The notes under the pieces are model-generated. The model had not been told where the DNA came from, made no database searches, and saw only the letters and a list, made by a program, of their open reading frames with translations. A program made the translations under genes and the position numbers. Shown here piece after piece: positions 60,677-64,000 of a stretch of 64,000 nucleotides of DNA. The stretch is from positions 1-64,000 of the IMG/VR virus record IMGVR_UViG_3300042566_001512; one strand, given 5' to 3'. Each line of letters begins with the position of its first letter. The first letter of the stretch is position 1.

Positions 60677-61624
60677 ATGGCGCGTTTAAATATAGCAATG
60701 CTGGCAGACGATACTCAGGAAGAAACTTTACATATTGCAGAAGACCATCTAGACGTTTTAGGGCAACAGGTTGAAGACGACATGTTGCAATTGCAGCAGC
60801 AGCAAGCACATTCCGACAATGTGCATGTGGCCATAGAAGACGCAATACAGGCCACTGAAGACCTTATGGATGAGCAGCAGGCCGCTGAGGAACTTCTTAC
60901 TCGTAAAGAAGAAGCTACTCAGGCCGCAATGGAATCTATTGGAAGAAACGTCAATAACATCCTTAGAAGCATAGGGATGGAGGCTAACCAAGTAAGCACT
61001 TATGTTAGTTCTGGCGAGGGGAAAAAAGCGGAAAATAAAGACACCGAGGAGGCCGCTAAAGTAACCTCGACCACAATCGGTGAATTCATAAAAAAGATTT
61101 GGGAAAAGATCAAAGAAGTCTGGCTTCGCGTTGTAGATGCGATTAAGGGTTTCTTTAAGAATCTATTCAATGCGTCTGTAGGTCTTAAGAAACGCGCCAT
61201 GGCGATAAAATCCGCTGCTAAGGGCATGAAGGGAAAGTCTATTCCGTCAGATGCTAAATTTGAGGCCCCTGAGAGCGTTATCAGCAATATGCGCTTGGGT
61301 CACCGAGCTATTCCCGCCGCAACAATCGACAAGGGGCTGGCTCGTCAAAATGAGGAAATGTCTAAATACAAGAACCTTGACGCCCGCGCAGATGACTTTA
61401 AAAAGTTCTCAAAAGAAATTGAAAAAATTCAAGCACAGTTAATAGGACAAAACAAAGAAGTATCTTTTGCAGTGCGTAAAATGCAATCTATGGTTGCTGC
61501 AGCAGTTGTTCGCTTCTTTATGAACATCGTAAAAACAGTTGCCACACAGGCAAGAGTAATAGACATGCAGGTAAACAAGGCAGCCATAGACTGGTGTGCC
61601 GCTTCCTTGAAGCTGTATAAGTGA
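60677..61624 (+). CDS. Internal head protein paralogue (shortened)
   Basis: MARLNIAML start, AMES/GME sites, FIKKIWEKIKEVW. Confidence 0.72.
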   Translation: MARLNIAMLADDTQEETLHIAEDHLDVLGQQVEDDMLQLQQQQAHSDNVHVAIEDAIQATEDLMDEQQAAEELLTRKEEATQAAMESIGRNVNNILRSIGMEANQVSTYVSSGEGKKAENKDTEEAAKVTSTTIGEFIKKIWEKIKEVWLRVVDAIKGFFKNLFNASVGLKKRAMAIKSAAKGMKGKSIPSDAKFEAPESVISNMRLGHRAIPAATIDKGLARQNEEMSKYKNLDARADDFKKFSKEIEKIQAQLIGQNKEVSFAVRKMQSMVAAAVVRFFMNIVKTVATQARVIDMQVNKAAIDWCAASLKLYK

Positions 61625-61764
61625 TAGAACATCTAACCTATCAATATAGCCACGCAATAATGTTGTGTAGGTTATCTTGGTCGCGCTAGCTGACTTAAGC
61701 AGTTTAGCGCACAACAAGGTCATTTTGACTTACTTTTTTTAAATTTCTGTACAGGAGTATACAC

Positions 61765-63093
61765 ATGGCACGTTTAAACATCGCAATGCTGGCCCAGGAA
61801 GGCCAACAAGAAACCCAAGCTGTTGAGCAGCAGACCGAACTGGACGTCATTGGTCAGCAGGCCGAAGACGCAATTGCTGAGGCTGCTCAGTACCGCGAAG
61901 AAATCGAACAAACCCAGCAAGCTATCGACGATACCGAAGAAGTTGTCCAAGAAGTAGAAGAAGAGCGCCAAGTCCTTCAGAATTCGCAACAGCAAGGCGG
62001 CGCCGAACCGGTTGCAATGGAAGCACTGCAGCGCGCAGTAAAGCGCTTTGAAAAGCGAACCGGCGTTGCTTGCTCTGTCGGCGCAATGGGCCTGGAATCC
62101 TTCTCTTCGAAGGCCAGCCGCATGCAGTCCACAAGCATTGCACTAGAAGGCGCAGTAGAATATATCAAGAAGCTGATCAAGATGCTTACCGAAGCCATGG
62201 CGGCTGTCTGGGAAAAGGTCAAGGCTTTCTTTGAAAAGATTATGGTGGGTGCCGAGCGCCTGGCCAAACGCGCAAAACAAGTGGAAGCTGCAGCTAAAGC
62301 CGCACAGGGTAAAACCGCTGCGGCAGACGCAAAAGTCACCACTGGATCCGTGCTTGCCTTTGCTCGCAAGGAAAACAAGGTTGTTGAAGGCAAGGCCTTT
62401 GCTGACCAGTACGTCAAGCAAACCTCACAGGGTTTTGTATCTAGAAAAGAACTGGCTAAGGAAGTCGATTCCCTAATCAAGGGCGACGATTTCCGCGCCA
62501 TCATCACGGCGGCTAAGGTCCCCGATAATACCAAGCAATTGTCGCAGGCTATTTTGGCCGTGGCAAGCGTCGACGGCGGCAAAGAGCAAGAAGGTCTTAT
62601 CACCGACAGTATGGCTTCTCCGCTCTTGGGCGATTACGTGGCGACTTTCACTGCGTTTAGCAAGAACGCCACTTGGGAACAGATCTCTGCCGGTTATACC
62701 AAGCTCAAGTCTACCCTAAGTATGGCCGAGAACGCCAAGCCCGATCTGGCAAAAGAAGTCTCGCCGCTGTCTCCTGAAGATGCGCGCAAAGTGGCCAGCC
62801 ATGCAGCAGGCCACATGATCTCGTATTCGGACATGAGAAAGCAGCAACAAGATCTGGACGCCGGTCTGAAGAAAGTGCTGGCAGAGGCTAAGAAGATTGA
62901 AACCGAGAAAGATGCTCCGGTTGATCAGCTGCGGGTCGCTACCGGCGCTCTTCGCTCGGCAGTCAACATGGCTATCCAGGGTATGGTCGCCGACCGCTCT
63001 TACGACGTCAGCCTAACCAAGGCCGCACTGGACTACGCTGCCGCGTCTGTTAAGTTGGCCGGTGGTAAAGGTTCTACCGCCACCGGTAGTTAA
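61765..63093 (+). CDS. Internal head protein paralogue, probably highly expressed
   Basis: AME/GLES/ALE sites, WEKVKAFF, GC-rich codons. Confidence 0.75.
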   Translation: MARLNIAMLAQEGQQETQAVEQQTELDVIGQQAEDAIAEAAQYREEIEQTQQAIDDTEEVVQEVEEERQVLQNSQQQGGAEPVAMEALQRAVKRFEKRTGVACSVGAMGLESFSSKASRMQSTSIALEGAVEYIKKLIKMLTEAMAAVWEKVKAFFEKIMVGAERLAKRAKQVEAAAKAAQGKTAAADAKVTTGSVLAFARKENKVVEGKAFADQYVKQTSQGFVSRKELAKEVDSLIKGDDFRAIITAAKVPDNTKQLSQAILAVASVDGGKEQEGLITDSMASPLLGDYVATFTAFSKNATWEQISAGYTKLKSTLSMAENAKPDLAKEVSPLSPEDARKVASHAAGHMISYSDMRKQQQDLDAGLKKVLAEAKKIETEKDAPVDQLRVATGALRSAVNMAIQGMVADRSYDVSLTKAALDYAAASVKLAGGKGSTATGS

Positions 63094-63130
63094 GTTGCGG
63101 TAGTCTAATAGATTCGTGTGAATCTTATAT

Positions 63131-63165
63131 AAAAAAGCGGCGGGGTAAAAACCCGCCGCTTTTTT
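63131..63165. terminator. Canonical bidirectional intrinsic terminator
   Basis: aaaaaagcggcggg-gtaaaaa-cccgccgctttttt. Confidence 0.85.
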
Positions 63166-63198
63166 GATGTAAACTTTTAAAAACAAAGGAATAGTAAA

Positions 63199-64000
63199 AT
63201 GGCGCGTTTAAATATAGCTATGCTGGGCGAACCATCGAACCAGCAGGAAACGATCGATCCGAATAACGAATCGTTGAAATCCGACCAGGACATGGCTCAG
63301 ATTGAACAGCAGGGTTCTGAAATTCAAGAAATTTCTCAAGTGGTTCAAGAGACAATCGATTCGTCGGAGACTATTTCGGCTATGGCTGACAAAATTGAGC
63401 AATCCGAAACAGTCAGTAAAGACACAATAGCTGTCGCACAAGAGGCCATATCCTATTTTGCCAAGCGCACGGGTTTAAAAATGGCCGGCCTTAGTTCCTC
63501 CATGGAATCATTCTGCCTTACTTCAGATAAACAAATCGTGTTAAACGAGATGCGGCTAGCTTCGGATAACCTCAACGACTGCGTGGCCATAGCTCAAGAA
63601 GGCATTATTGATCGTATAAAAAATCGATTTAGTCTTATATTCACTAGCTCGGATAGGCTGCGTAAAGAGCTAAGAGAAGTGTCTGATCAATACGATAAAA
63701 ACGGCCCTAAACAGGGCGTGATTATCAATCCCGCGTTTGCAAGAAGACTCAATCGTGAAGAAAAAACACTTCTAAAAGAAATAGACGTTATAAATCTGGC
63801 TGGCGAGATCGATAAAAAGGTACACGACCCAAAACTAATCGACGCAATAAATGGATTGACTGCGTCTATAAACGGAGTTAGTCGCGCTCTGAGTAAGTCG
63901 GGCATGGTATTTACAGATAAAGAGTCTATAAAAGAGATAAATGCTGAATACGACGTTATCTCCGGGATATACGAAGAAGTGGCAGCCCAATTCGTTGTAG
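63199..64000 (+). CDS. Internal head protein paralogue, runs off the window end
   Basis: ATG 63199, MARLNIAMLGEPS…SMES…AQEGIIDRIK; not in the ORF track. Confidence 0.72.
   Translation, partial: MARLNIAMLGEPSNQQETIDPNNESLKSDQDMAQIEQQGSEIQEISQVVQETIDSSETISAMADKIEQSETVSKDTIAVAQEAISYFAKRTGLKMAGLSSSMESFCLTSDKQIVLNEMRLASDNLNDCVAIAQEGIIDRIKNRFSLIFTSSDRLRKELREVSDQYDKNGPKQGVIINPAFARRLNREEKTLLKEIDVINLAGEIDKKVHDPKLIDAINGLTASINGVSRALSKSGMVFTDKESIKEINAEYDVISGIYEEVAAQFVV

Noticed and set aside
1-64000. CRISPR arrays, tRNA genes, IS elements, reverse transcriptase/retron
   Set aside because: No regularly spaced direct repeats, cloverleafs, transposase motifs or RT-like ORFs seen by eye; tRNAscan-SE and a CRISPR finder would confirm.

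Overview
AT-rich segment of a nucleus-forming jumbo phage genome (phiKZ-like, Chimalliviridae), broadly syntenic with phiKZ gp25-gp97 as I recall it; no database searches were run. Core genes in order: terminase, PhuZ tubulin, split family-B DNA polymerase, chimallin, four non-virion RNAP subunits, SbcD-like nuclease, ChmC- and PicA/Imp1-like genes, SF2 helicase, an early accessory island, a virion RNAP subunit, baseplate genes and a paralogous head-protein cluster. Features the ORF track misses: (1) a probable -1 programmed frameshift (T TTT TTT, 40467-40461) joining a 491-aa Zn-finger protein to a start-less 164-codon frame, resembling a tail-assembly-chaperone G/GT pair; (2) a group I intron splitting the RNAP NADFDG|D motif and carrying a 116-aa ORF with no recognisable homing-endonuclease motif; (3) an ORF-less group I intron in the polymerase exonuclease gene; (4) a ~380-nt structured ncRNA candidate upstream of the polymerase; (5) an early unit with two 47-aa membrane peptides around an alternatively folding RNA; (6) six tandem ~120-150 aa genes with one shared layout; (7) a family of CATA-hairpin-TATG palindromes; (8) a shared MARLNIAML N-terminal tag on four head proteins.
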